Shown piece by piece: positions 55,795 through 64,000 of a stretch of DNA of 64,000 nt (positions within the stretch are counted from its first letter, which is position 1; each line of letters begins with the position of its first letter). The notes beneath the pieces are model-generated. The model was not told the DNA's origin. It did no database searches and worked only from the letters and a program-made list of their open reading frames with translations. The DNA lies in contig NZ_DASVGN010000036.1 of NCBI RefSeq assembly GCF_036379515.1, positions 3,007-67,006 of the forward strand. Reading direction: 5' to 3'. The stretch comes from Castellaniella sp. Lineage in GTDB: Bacteria; Pseudomonadota; Gammaproteobacteria; Burkholderiales; Burkholderiaceae_B. The translations under genes and the position numbers were made by a program.

Positions 55795-56882
55795 GGATGG
55801 GAATGTCTACACAAGCTACAACAGCCTGCCGCGGGCCAGTTCCTTTCGCTATGAATGCCTTTGAGCGCTACCTGACGTTGTGGGTCTTCCTGTGCATCGT
55901 GCTGGGCGTCGCCATGGGCCAGTTCGCGCCTGATGTGTTCCAGGCAATCGGGCGCTTGGAGATTGCTCAGGTCAATCTTCCAGTCGGTGCCCTGATCTGG
56001 GTGATGATAATTCCCATGCTGCTCAAGGTGGATTTCAGTGCATTGGGCCAAGTCAAGCGGCACTGGCGCGGCATCGGCGTGACACTTTTCATCAATTGGG
56101 CCATCAAGCCGTTCTCCATGGCCTTGTTAGGCTGGCTGTTTATCCGGCATGTCTTTGCTGCGTGGCTGCCTGCCGATCAATTGGATAGCTACATTGCCGG
56201 CCTGATCCTTCTGGCCGCTGCCCCCTGCACCGCAATGGTGTTCGTCTGGAGCCGTCTGGCGGGTGGTGATCCGGCGTTCACGCTGTCGCAGGTGGCCTTG
56301 AACGACACCATCATGGTGTTCGCCTTCGCCCCCATTGTCGGCCTGCTGCTGGGCCTGTCATCCATCTCCGTGCCCTGGGACACGCTGCTGGTGTCGGTCG
56401 GGCTGTACATCGTGATTCCGGTCATCCTTGCCCAGCTCTGGCGCCGCGCCCTACTGGGCAAGGGGCAAACCGCCTTCGAGGCTGCGTTGGCCCGCATCAG
56501 CCCGCTGTCTATGGCGGCGCTACTGCTGACACTGGTGCTGCTGTTCGCGTTCCAGGGCGAGGCCATCCTGCGCCAGCCGCTTGTGATCGCCATGCTGGCC
56601 GTTCCTATCCTGATCCAGGTGCTCTTCAATTCCGGCTTGGCCTATTACCTCAATCGCCGCGCGGGCGAGCAGCATAGCGTTGCCTGCCCCTCGGCCCTGA
56701 TCGGCGCGAGCAACTTTTTCGAGCTGGCCGTGGCGGCTGCCATCAGCCTGTTTGGTTTCCAGTCCGGTGCGGCGCTGGCCACCGTGGTCGGCGTGCTGAT
56801 CGAGGTGCCGGTGATGCTGCTGGTCGTGTGGATCGTCAACCAAAGCAAGGGCTGGTACGAGTCTGGTGCCCGCCGAGGCTGA
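55791..56882 (+). CDS. acr3: ACR3-family arsenite efflux permease (start uncertain)
   Basis: FERYLTLWVFLCIVLGV..., LAAAPCTAMV, and 10-TM character typical of Acr3. Confidence 0.9.
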   Translation: MRMGMSTQATTACRGPVPFAMNAFERYLTLWVFLCIVLGVAMGQFAPDVFQAIGRLEIAQVNLPVGALIWVMIIPMLLKVDFSALGQVKRHWRGIGVTLFINWAIKPFSMALLGWLFIRHVFAAWLPADQLDSYIAGLILLAAAPCTAMVFVWSRLAGGDPAFTLSQVALNDTIMVFAFAPIVGLLLGLSSISVPWDTLLVSVGLYIVIPVILAQLWRRALLGKGQTAFEAALARISPLSMAALLLTLVLLFAFQGEAILRQPLVIAMLAVPILIQVLFNSGLAYYLNRRAGEQHSVACPSALIGASNFFELAVAAAISLFGFQSGAALATVVGVLIEVPVMLLVVWIVNQSKGWYESGARRG

Positions 56883-56885
56883 CTC

Positions 56886-58091
56886 ATGGCGGGGGCACCA
56901 GTCCGGGTCGTTGGTTCGTTAGGTGTTGCTCAGACGCTGGCCTGGGGGTCTTCGTACTACCTGCCAGCCATACTGGCGGTACCCATGGCCCGAGAGCTAG
57001 CCGTAACCACGCCGACGGTGTATGCGGCATTCTCAGGCGCCCTGGTGGCCTCGGCGCTAGTCGGGCCTGTGGCCGGTCATGCGATTGATTGCCGTGGCGG
57101 CCGCATCGTCCTGGTTGGCACCAGTCTCCTGTTCGCTTTGGGCCTTGCCATGCTGGGCCTCGCCCCGGGGCTCTGGATGATGGTTGCCGCCTGGATGGTC
57201 ATTGGCGTAGCGATGGGTTCGGGTTTGTATGAGGCCGCGTTCTCCAGCTTGGTCCGGCTCTATGGCCGCGATGCCCGGAGCGCAATCACCGGCATTACGC
57301 TGATCGCTGGTTTTGCCAGTACGGTGGGATGGCCACTGTCTGCCTGGATGGAGGCCCGATTCGGCTGGCGAGGAGCCTGCTTCGGCTGGGCAACCATCCA
57401 TCTATTGCTTGGGTTGCCGTTGAATGCCTGGCTGCCGCGTGCACCGGTTGCGGCCAAGGCTGACGGGCTACAGGCCGAAGACCAGACACCTGCGGTTTCT
57501 GCCGAGCCTGCAACGCAAATCCACTCGGGGATGGTTACTGTCATCCTGGCTTTTGTCTTTGCTGCGACCTGGTTCGTCAGTACGGCCATTGCCACGCACT
57601 TACCCCGGATGCTGGAATCCACTGGCATGACGCTGGCGGCGGCAGTCGGTATCGGCGCACTGGTCGGCCCGGCGCAGGTGGCCGCCCGGATGCTGGAGTT
57701 TGGCTTTCTGCGCAATGTCCATCCGCTGCTGTCGGCACGCCTGGCTACGCTGGCCCATCCCATCGGCGCAGCGGTCTTGCTGGCCGCAGGGCCTGTGTTG
57801 GCCTCGGTGTTCGCCGTCCTGCATGGTGCGGGTAACGGCATTCTGACTATTGCCAAGGGCACCTTGCCGCTTGCGTTGTTCGGGGCGCAGGGCTATGGCG
57901 CTCGCCAAGGCTGGCTGATGCTACCGGCACGGGTAGCCCAAGCCCTCGCTCCGCTTCTGTTTGGGCTGGCCCTCAATGCGTGGGGAGCAAATGCCCTGTG
58001 GCTGTCTAGCGCCATCAGCATGGCTGCGTTTGGCGCCTTAATGCTGCTGCGAACGTCGCCGACGCCATCGCAGGTCCGGCAATCTAGCTGA
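56886..58091 (+). CDS. MFS transporter embedded in the ars operon
   Basis: 12-TM hydrophobic profile, located between acr3 and arsC. ArsK- or ArsJ-like roles cannot be distinguished by eye. Confidence 0.75.
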   Translation: MAGAPVRVVGSLGVAQTLAWGSSYYLPAILAVPMARELAVTTPTVYAAFSGALVASALVGPVAGHAIDCRGGRIVLVGTSLLFALGLAMLGLAPGLWMMVAAWMVIGVAMGSGLYEAAFSSLVRLYGRDARSAITGITLIAGFASTVGWPLSAWMEARFGWRGACFGWATIHLLLGLPLNAWLPRAPVAAKADGLQAEDQTPAVSAEPATQIHSGMVTVILAFVFAATWFVSTAIATHLPRMLESTGMTLAAAVGIGALVGPAQVAARMLEFGFLRNVHPLLSARLATLAHPIGAAVLLAAGPVLASVFAVLHGAGNGILTIAKGTLPLALFGAQGYGARQGWLMLPARVAQALAPLLFGLALNAWGANALWLSSAISMAAFGALMLLRTSPTPSQVRQSS

Positions 58092-58118
58092 ATTTCGAGT
58101 TTTGTCTCTGGAGGCTTT

Positions 58119-58541
58119 ATGAGTTCCATCACGATTTATCACAACCCCGCTTGCGGCACTTCGCGCAACGTGCTCGCGCTAATCCGAAATTGCGGCGAAG
58201 AGCCCACTGTCATCGAGTACCTGAAGATGCCACCCGACCGCGCTACGCTGACCGCGCTGATCGCAGCGATGGGAGTGCCGGTGCGCTCGGTGCTGCGCGA
58301 GAAGGGCACGCCTTATGCAGAGCTGGGCCTGGACGACCCGAAATGGAGCGACGAGCAATTGATCGATTTCATGCTTCAGCAGCCTATCCTGATGAACCGG
58401 CCTATCGTGGTGACCCCGCTGGGCACGCGCCTGTGCCGCCCTTCGGAAACCGTGCTGGACATCTTGCCGCGGCCGCAGCGCGGGGCATTCAACAAAGAGA
58501 ATGGCGAAGCGGTCGTTGACGCGGAGGGCCGACGTGTCTGA
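58119..58541 (+). CDS. arsC: Arsenate reductase, glutaredoxin-coupled ArsC/Spx type
   Basis: [14 protein letters not shown]...NRPIV signature. Confidence 0.9.
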   Translation: MSSITIYHNPACGTSRNVLALIRNCGEEPTVIEYLKMPPDRATLTALIAAMGVPVRSVLREKGTPYAELGLDDPKWSDEQLIDFMLQQPILMNRPIVVTPLGTRLCRPSETVLDILPRPQRGAFNKENGEAVVDAEGRRV

Positions 58542-59256
58542 GTCTCGACTGGATCTGCCCAACATTGACACTGCGTTGTTCCAGCAGCCGGATGAGCAGC
58601 AACTGCTGATGCCTGAACGGGCAACGCATGCCCCGCGTTTTTTGTTGCTCTACGGCTCGCTGCGCGAACGCTCGTTCAGCCGCCTGGCCGCCGAGGAGGC
58701 GGCGCGCATTCTGCGAGCACTGGGCGGTGAAACGCGAATGTTTAATCCTTCGGGACTGCCGCTGGTGGACGATGCTCCAGCCGACCACCCCAAGGTTAAG
58801 GAGCTGCGCGAACTGGTGCAATGGTCCGAGGGCATGGTGTGGAGCTCGCCCGAGCGCCACGGCGCCATGACCGGCCTGATGAAAACCCAGATCGACTGGA
58901 TTCCGCTGTCCGTGGGCGCCGTGCGCCCGACCCAGGGCAAGACCCTGGCGATCATGGAGGTCTCAGGCGGTTCGCAATCCTTCAACGCGCTCAACCAGAT
59001 GCGCGTGCTGGGTCGCTGGATGCGCATGCTGACCATCCCCAACCAGTCTTCGGTTGCCAAGGCCTACCAGGAGTTCGATGAAGCTGGTCGCATGAAGCCG
59101 TCCGCCTATTACAACCGCATCGTGGACGTGATGGAAGAACTGATGAAATTCACGCTGCTCACGCGCGACGTGGCGCCGTACCTGGTGGACCGCTACAGCG
59201 AACGCAAGGAAAGCGCCGAGGCTCTGAGCCAACGCATGCAGCAGGCAGCGATCTGA
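58534..59256 (+). CDS. arsH: ArsH (NADPH-dependent FMN reductase family)
   Basis: [18 protein letters not shown]...[24 protein letters not shown] 58534 start gives about 240 aa; ATG 58501 is the alternative. Confidence 0.9.
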   Translation: MSESRLDLPNIDTALFQQPDEQQLLMPERATHAPRFLLLYGSLRERSFSRLAAEEAARILRALGGETRMFNPSGLPLVDDAPADHPKVKELRELVQWSEGMVWSSPERHGAMTGLMKTQIDWIPLSVGAVRPTQGKTLAIMEVSGGSQSFNALNQMRVLGRWMRMLTIPNQSSVAKAYQEFDEAGRMKPSAYYNRIVDVMEELMKFTLLTRDVAPYLVDRYSERKESAEALSQRMQQAAI

Positions 59257-59438
59257 ACCTTCAAAGGACCAAGTGGCTAAATAAGACGAAGCACTGTCCC
59301 CGCCTAAACGAAGCAGCCTGTCGCACGCCGAGTCTCAATATCGCCACCCTCCCCGAATCACACACAAGACAATTTCTCGTAGTTATATCGAACAGAGTTC
59401 CACACCATACGCAGCGGCTTAGTCACATAACCGAATCG

Positions 59439-59681
59439 TCAGCCCTCGCCCCGCAACTCCGGCCAAATCTTCCACCAGTCATCCGGGCGCAACTGCTTCC
59501 GGGTGACCTCCCCTCCGGTCAGCTCCTCAATCTCGACGCAGCGAATGATCGGCACCGGGCGACTGCCGGCCGCCCAGCCGCTGACGACAGGCACCGGCAC
59601 GCCCAATTTGTTGGCGAGCTTGGTCATCCCGCCCATCACGGCACAGGCTTCACGGACAGGCTGAAAATCGGGCATATGCAT
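59439..59681 (-). CDS. YdaS/Cro-like HTH protein
   Basis: 80 aa. GGMTKLANKLGVPVPVVSGW... resembles the YdaS (DUF1019) HTH. Confidence 0.6.
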   Translation of the reverse strand: MHMPDFQPVREACAVMGGMTKLANKLGVPVPVVSGWAAGSRPVPIIRCVEIEELTGGEVTRKQLRPDDWWKIWPELRGEG

Positions 59682-60041
59682 CTATAACCACGTTAAGTAT
59701 GTGGATACTATAAGATAAATCCGCTATATGGGAATTTCTGGAAACAGTAATTTGTACCGATCCGCGGCCAGAAAGTTCAGTGCTGCCGCCCAAACTTGTA
59801 ACTGCAAGTCAAATACCCCTACAGTCGGCATGAAACAAGCTGAACCAACCTGAACCATGACGTGGCATCCGCCCCGTAGGGCAGGGGCAGATTACAAGAT
59901 CAGCCGACCGCACGCCAGTGGTCACAAGCCCAAACAAATTGCCCTTCATGCGTAGCGCCCACGCATAGGGGGATCAGCTAAGCTCGTTTACACCTCAGTA
60001 GAGCCTTGAATTGATTGTAAAGACAACCAACAAATTTCCTA

Positions 60042-60070
60042 TTGACAAGACTTATGCTGTTGGTAAGAAT
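60042..60070 (+). promoter_or_regulatory. Sigma70-like promoter TTGACA-N17-AAGAAT
   Basis: An exact -35 hexamer at 60042-60047, and a -10-like TAAGAAT at 60064-60070. It lies in a low-G+C non-coding stretch about 470 nt upstream of the alpA-like gene. Confidence 0.4.
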
Positions 60071-60540
60071 CTAGCCATCTGCTCCAAGCAGAATCGCTCT
60101 TTAACAAACCACAAGCGATGAATACTGCGCCCTGCCCGATCACGTGGCACGCGATTGCGCAGCAACCTGTAAGGCATCGGGGTTGAAGCAAAACCGATGA
60201 AATCCGCAATCCGCAGTCAGCCCCTTGCGTGGGGCGTAGATGGCCGCGGACGGCGGGGACTTCCTCGAGCGGAAGCGCCCGGAGCGTTCATCAGAATGCC
60301 CACCATCAGAAATGGCGACGTAATTTCATGACGACGGCAGGAAAGACTGCAGTTTCCAACAACTCGACGAGCCGCAGCGGCGGGAACAGCGTCGGGCACT
60401 GCTGGGAATGGTCAAAGCAAACGGCCCCCATCGCGGAATCTTGGCGGGCCGTTCTCTCAACGACGCAGAACGCGTCGGCTTTGGAAAGCATCTTAAGCCG
60501 TAGTTCGCAGGGTGCTTTCCAAGGTCACACGGAGGAAGTA

Positions 60541-60792
60541 ATGAAGGAACAGGCACTGCCGAACATCTTCGGCTACCCGGCTACCCCACACCAACCCCCA
60601 AAGCATGCCAGCGATGCACTGCTGTACCGCATTCACACAGCAGAGGCCAAACTGGGAGTATCCCGATCCACGATATACCGGCTGGTTAACGATGGCGAGC
60701 TCGTGCTGATCAAGATAGGCAAGCGCTCCAGCGGCATCACCGCATCGAGCCTGCATGCCCTCATCGAACGCAACAAGGCAGTCGCGGGATAA
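60541..60792 (+). CDS. AlpA/excisionase-family HTH protein
   Basis: GGAGGA RBS before ATG 60541. LYRIHTAEAKLGVSRSTIYRLVNDGELVLIKIGKRS is the AlpA/Xis-type HTH. The longer track ORF (from 60229) lacks support. Confidence 0.7.
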   Translation: MKEQALPNIFGYPATPHQPPKHASDALLYRIHTAEAKLGVSRSTIYRLVNDGELVLIKIGKRSSGITASSLHALIERNKAVAG

Positions 60793-60816
60793 ATCAACAC
60801 GTCAGAATCTCATCAG

Positions 60817-60836
60817 GTCGGGAGGGAATCGAACCA
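60817..60836 (-). other. tRNA 3'-end-like fragment (T-loop plus acceptor arm), minus orientation
   Basis: The minus strand reads GGTTCGATTCCCTCCCGACC. No complementary 5' half or anticodon arm is present. Confidence 0.35.
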
Positions 60837-60948
60837 TGGGACGTTTTCGGCCACTTGTGTTGCTTTTTTGCACTTGTACCCTGTCTTGTACCCTGAGGTT
60901 CGCATCTAATATGTGGAAGCGCAGCATTACTGGCCTTACAGCCTACGA

Positions 60949-60971
60949 TTCGATTCCGCCCCGGGCCACCA
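60949..60971 (+). other. tRNA 3'-end-like fragment ending in CCA, plus orientation
   Basis: TTCGATTCCGCCCCGGGCCACCA reads as T-loop, 3' T-stem, 3' acceptor strand, discriminator and CCA. The 5' T-stem and the rest of a tRNA are absent. Confidence 0.4.
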
Positions 60972-61003
60972 TCGTGCTGTTTCAGCACGGTTCAAAACAT
61001 GTG

Positions 61004-61078
61004 CCGTTAAGCATAAAGTTGCCACATGGAAAGCTTATGCTTTATTTCACGTTCGGCCGCATTATGCTTTATCGTCTT
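61004..61078. repeat. Three copies of a TTATGCTT(A/T)A core (one inverted, two direct)
   Basis: Cores lie within 61004-61026 (inverted), 61028-61051 and 61055-61078, preceded by TGT at 61000-61002. They could be transposase-binding sites, a transposon end, or an operator. Confidence 0.3.
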
Positions 61079-61128
61079 TTCGCAGTAGTCTGATGAGTTT
61101 TGCTTCGGAAGCAAAGCCACCAGGACCC

Positions 61129-61158
61129 AAAAAAGCCAGTCAATAGACTGGCTTTTTT
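61129..61158. terminator. Bidirectional Rho-independent terminator
   Basis: AAAAAAGCCAGTC-AATA-GACTGGCTTTTTT, 18 nt beyond the tniQ stop. Confidence 0.7.
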
Positions 61159-61175
61159 CGTTTCAGCGAGTCGCG

Positions 61176-62486
61176 CTACCCAGGCCCCGACCCGGGCTCA
61201 TCACGAATGTCACGCAAGACGTCGAAGAGATGCTTGGCACCAGCCAGGTCTTCACGCGACATCCGCGACTGGAGTTCGCGCAGGTTCAACGCCCGCCCCT
61301 CCCCACGCAGCTTGTCACACATTGCCTGCACTTCCTCCCTGGCACGGGCCCGATTTTCTTCACCACGCAACTTCACATGCTCAGCCCAGCGCGCACCCAC
61401 GATCCGAGCCTCTTTGTTCGCGCGCAAATAAAGATAGCTCGGATCAATCCCAAGCCGCCGAGCTGCCTCAGCCAGGCTCAATGGTTCGGCCCGCTCGGCA
61501 AATGCGAGCAGCTTCTCTCGAACCTTCAGCCAGTCGAACACGCGCGCCGGCTGCTCCCGCCCACGTGACCCGAGTTCCAGATCCAGATTGAGCTGGGTCA
61601 CTTCTTTGGGTGGCACCCAGCCTTCGAGATCGCCCAATGCCAGGCTCACAAGCGGCAACCCCATCTTCGCCGCGATGCGCAGTGCCGCCTCCAGAGTTAT
61701 CGCAGTCTTTCCCTGGATCCAGCAATGCACCGTGGACTTCGCCACCCCGATGCGCGCGCCAAACGCGGCCGCATTACCACCATCCATCCGCGCCACCAAC
61801 TGGGTGATCGCCGCTTGCAAAGGCGCAAGGTGTGCCGGTTGCATGAGCGCGGATTGAACTCGAAGAAGTTTCCCGATCTCACTTGCAATCCACAACGCCT
61901 CAGGGGTTGCCTCAATGGCGGCGGCGCGTTCACCCAGGAATGCACCACAACCCGTGCACCAGCCCGGCACAACGTAAGCTGCGCGATGACGCACATGCTC
62001 GCGCCCACATTCAGAGCAGGCGCAGGAAAGCGGCGTGCCGTGGCGTTCGCAGACGGCCACCACTTTCAGGTCCCACGCCAGCCGGAAGTACGGCAAACGG
62101 CCCTCATCGCGATCCTCCCTGAAGCATTCTGGGCACCACCTCGCCGCTCCCTTGCGAAAGAGGCCGCGCGGGGCAAACACCTCAGCCCACGGCAAAAGTG
62201 TAGTCGCATCCAAGCCCGCAACCCCGGTGAGCGCAGACAAACCGCCCGCCCAAGCGCGAGCCGACGCCCCCACACCGCTCAGGCTGCGGTCTCGCCAGTC
62301 AAAGGCAGCCTCGAAGTCGCTGCCCATGGACCTTGTCACGAGTCCGGCCAACGCGGTGACCGAAGTGCTGTGCGAGACGGCAACACGGCAGAGGTAGCTG
62401 ATGAGGCTCTCCACCTGCGCCGTACCCATTCCCATAGGCGCCACCGCGTGCAGCACAGAACGCGGGTTCTCTACGACCGTCTTCAT
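61176..62486 (-). CDS. tniQ: TniQ-family transposition target-selection protein
   Basis: N-terminal TniQ domain (ESLISYLCRVAVSH...) and a zinc-ribbon-like WCPECF...CERHG...CSECG. The start overlaps the tniB stop. Confidence 0.8.
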   Translation of the reverse strand: MKTVVENPRSVLHAVAPMGMGTAQVESLISYLCRVAVSHSTSVTALAGLVTRSMGSDFEAAFDWRDRSLSGVGASARAWAGGLSALTGVAGLDATTLLPWAEVFAPRGLFRKGAARWCPECFREDRDEGRLPYFRLAWDLKVVAVCERHGTPLSCACSECGREHVRHRAAYVVPGWCTGCGAFLGERAAAIEATPEALWIASEIGKLLRVQSALMQPAHLAPLQAAITQLVARMDGGNAAAFGARIGVAKSTVHCWIQGKTAITLEAALRIAAKMGLPLVSLALGDLEGWVPPKEVTQLNLDLELGSRGREQPARVFDWLKVREKLLAFAERAEPLSLAEAARRLGIDPSYLYLRANKEARIVGARWAEHVKLRGEENRARAREEVQAMCDKLRGEGRALNLRELQSRMSREDLAGAKHLFDVLRDIRDEPGSGPG

Positions 62487-63577
62487 GCCAACCCCCCAAT
62501 CGCACGGGGTTTCCGCACAAGTTTCGGCAGGGTGCGGGTGAGCCCCGGATTGATGGCCGCCTCTCCTGTGTAGGTTTCCTCCAGGATCTGCTGACGCTGC
62601 ACCTCAGCAAGAAGCGAACGATGCAAGGCGTCTGGCAGGAGCGCACCCAGCTCCATGCGCCGCGCCGTGCGCGTGAGCACCGCATTGAGCGTTCCCACGC
62701 AGCCCAACGTATTCTCGTGCAGCGCCTGCGCATAAGGCATGAGCTCCCCGGCCCAAAGGTGGGGAAGTGCTCCTTCGAATGCATACACACAGCCTGCGAA
62801 AGCCCGCACATCCTCCGGCCGATCCTCTCGGTAGCGCCCAAAGTGCAGCACATGGCTGCGCCTGGCCAATTGTGCCGAGAGGGACATCAGTTGGTACAGA
62901 TCGTAAGACCCCACGAGCACCATCTGCATATTGCAACGGTTGGCGAGCGACTTCAGGGTATTGAGCTGAACCTCCAATTTTTTAGGGCTTGTCTGGTGGA
63001 TGATGTGAGCCGCCTCATCCACGACCACGACCCGTGTGCCGCGGGCATCCAGCGCACGCTCGACCGCCGTGCGAAGCGCGGCAAGGCTGCCACTCGCCAT
63101 ACGAGCGGACCTCACCATTCGACCAGACTGAGTGTCAATCCCATACGAGGAAGGTGGCAACACGTCGGCTACATCACCGTCCAACTGATCCAGAATGCGA
63201 CTGTAGAAAAGCCGCCACGAGAACTCGTGCTCACCAGACGATGGTGCCTCGATGTAGATCGCCGGAATTAACCCCGCATCGGCCTGCATTGCGGCCTGCG
63301 CATTGGCCACGATCGTATCGACCATATGGCGCACGAGCGCGCTCTTACCTACCCCTGTAGGGCCGCAAATCTCGATGAGGCTATCCTGACTGCCCCGGTA
63401 GATGAGCGCATCGATCTCGGCCATGATCGTCGCCACGCGCGAGTGCTTGATGCGTAGACTCACCAACGAGGCGGCACCACCGTCCTTGCAAGCTACGTCG
63501 GCTGGTGACTTGTCTTGTGGATGGGTGGAGGTGCCCGCCCCGGGTGCCTCTTTGCAGTGAATTGCTGTATCAGTCAT
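62483..63577 (-). CDS. tniB: TniB AAA+ ATPase (TnsC-like)
   Basis: Walker A GPTGVGKSALV, Walker B VVVVDEAAHI, and the typical TniB N-terminus. Confidence 0.9.
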   Translation of the reverse strand: MTDTAIHCKEAPGAGTSTHPQDKSPADVACKDGGAASLVSLRIKHSRVATIMAEIDALIYRGSQDSLIEICGPTGVGKSALVRHMVDTIVANAQAAMQADAGLIPAIYIEAPSSGEHEFSWRLFYSRILDQLDGDVADVLPPSSYGIDTQSGRMVRSARMASGSLAALRTAVERALDARGTRVVVVDEAAHIIHQTSPKKLEVQLNTLKSLANRCNMQMVLVGSYDLYQLMSLSAQLARRSHVLHFGRYREDRPEDVRAFAGCVYAFEGALPHLWAGELMPYAQALHENTLGCVGTLNAVLTRTARRMELGALLPDALHRSLLAEVQRQQILEETYTGEAAINPGLTRTLPKLVRKPRAIGGLA

Positions 63578-63586
63578 GTCTGAAGC

Positions 63587-64000
63587 TCAGAAGGTATCGA
63601 ATTTAGGAAGGTCCTCCAGCTCGACGCTTGAATGCGCAGGGCGAGAGCCGGTTGTTGTGGTTCTGTCCTCAATCCGTACTCGCGGGCGAGCACCCGATAT
63701 GTCCTTGGAAACAGATGTGGCATTAGCTGGGGCTACTGGTGGGACGTGCGCGGGAGCAACCGGCGCAACACTTGCCAGGCCCAGCGCGTCGTACAGAGAC
63801 TTGTTCTCTTGCTGGCGTGCGTGCTCAGCAGCCATAGCGCCTTCAGGTGTAAAGACTTGGATGAATTCACGCAGGCGCTGAGCGCTTTGCGGATCGTCGG
63901 TCGTCTTGCCGCCACGGCTCGCATACTCCTCAGTCAGTGCCCGGCGCTCGTACTCCGTCATCTGGCCAAGTCCGCCCAACGCGCGGCACGTGGCAGGTAG
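63587..64000 (-). CDS. tniA: TniA/TnsB-like DDE transposase, C-terminal fragment (continues beyond the window)
   Basis: The frame is open to the window edge. The position upstream of tniB-tniQ identifies it. Only the non-catalytic C-terminal tail is visible. Confidence 0.65.
   Translation of the reverse strand, partial: LPATCRALGGLGQMTEYERRALTEEYASRGGKTTDDPQSAQRLREFIQVFTPEGAMAAEHARQQENKSLYDALGLASVAPVAPAHVPPVAPANATSVSKDISGARPRVRIEDRTTTTGSRPAHSSVELEDLPKFDTF

Larger units (their letters stand above)
61176..64000 (-). mobile_element. tniA-tniB-tniQ transposition module (Tn5053/Tn402-like or Tn7-like), partial
   Basis: Colinear overlapping genes in the canonical order. No resolvase gene lies between tniQ and the terminator. 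Confidence 0.7.

Noticed and set aside
59439-59681. Toxin-antitoxin pair involving the YdaS-like HTH gene
   Set aside because: No partner ORF of suitable size, orientation or spacing is present on either side. I treat it as a stand-alone regulator.
60817-60971. Complete tRNA genes
   Set aside because: Only T-loop/acceptor 3' halves are present. No complementary 5' acceptor strand, D-arm or anticodon arm can be drawn for either fragment. No rRNA gene and no complete tRNA were found anywhere in the window.

Overview
This 64-kb window is a high-G+C segment of a proteobacterial conjugative element, plasmid-like and possibly an ICE. Spot counts of single 60-nt lines give about 63% G+C in the backbone.

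Left part (1-15.5 kb): the tail of a T4SS (virB10 fragment, virB11), a TrfA-type initiator with a five-iteron, two-DnaA-box oriV, an stbB-like ATPase, a VirD4/TrwB coupling protein, and a 966-aa TrwC-type MOBF relaxase-helicase.

Main finding: a lower-G+C two-gene cassette (7005-12361) sits between the coupling-protein and relaxase genes. Gene 1 encodes a 1196-aa protein with a degenerate protein-kinase-like N-terminus and an Upf1-like SF1 helicase C-terminus. Gene 2 is translationally coupled to it and encodes a 589-aa protein with two intact HKD (phospholipase-D nuclease) motifs. This matches the architecture I recall for type I Mokosh defence systems. It is the best candidate immune system in the window.

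Second finding: downstream of the relaxase, three minus-strand genes (a Cys-rich hypothetical, DUF3560, RadC/JAB) are each preceded by a copy of a ~330-350-nt conserved element. Each copy folds as a long imperfect hairpin and carries a promoter-like block on the opposite strand. This fits a conjugative leading region with Frpo-like single-strand promoters.

The rest of the window is a metal-resistance mosaic:
- merR-merTP plus a GDCCVxC protein, with no merA
- two copper modules (multicopper oxidase/DsbD-like/DUF411, and copAB/cupredoxin/cytochrome c), each near a CopRS/CusRS-type two-component system
- ResB/CcsA cytochrome c biogenesis genes
- two yybP-ykoY-like Mn riboswitch candidates in front of TerC and GDT1/UPF0016 exporters
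- a CsoR/RcnR regulator, a P1B ATPase and a His-rich DMT transporter
- an arsR-arsI-arsC-acr3-MFS-arsC-arsH operon

The right end holds an AlpA-like gene, tRNA-3'-end-like fragments and a tniQ-tniB-tniA' transposition module.

All calls come from reading the sequence and the ORF translations. No database search was run.
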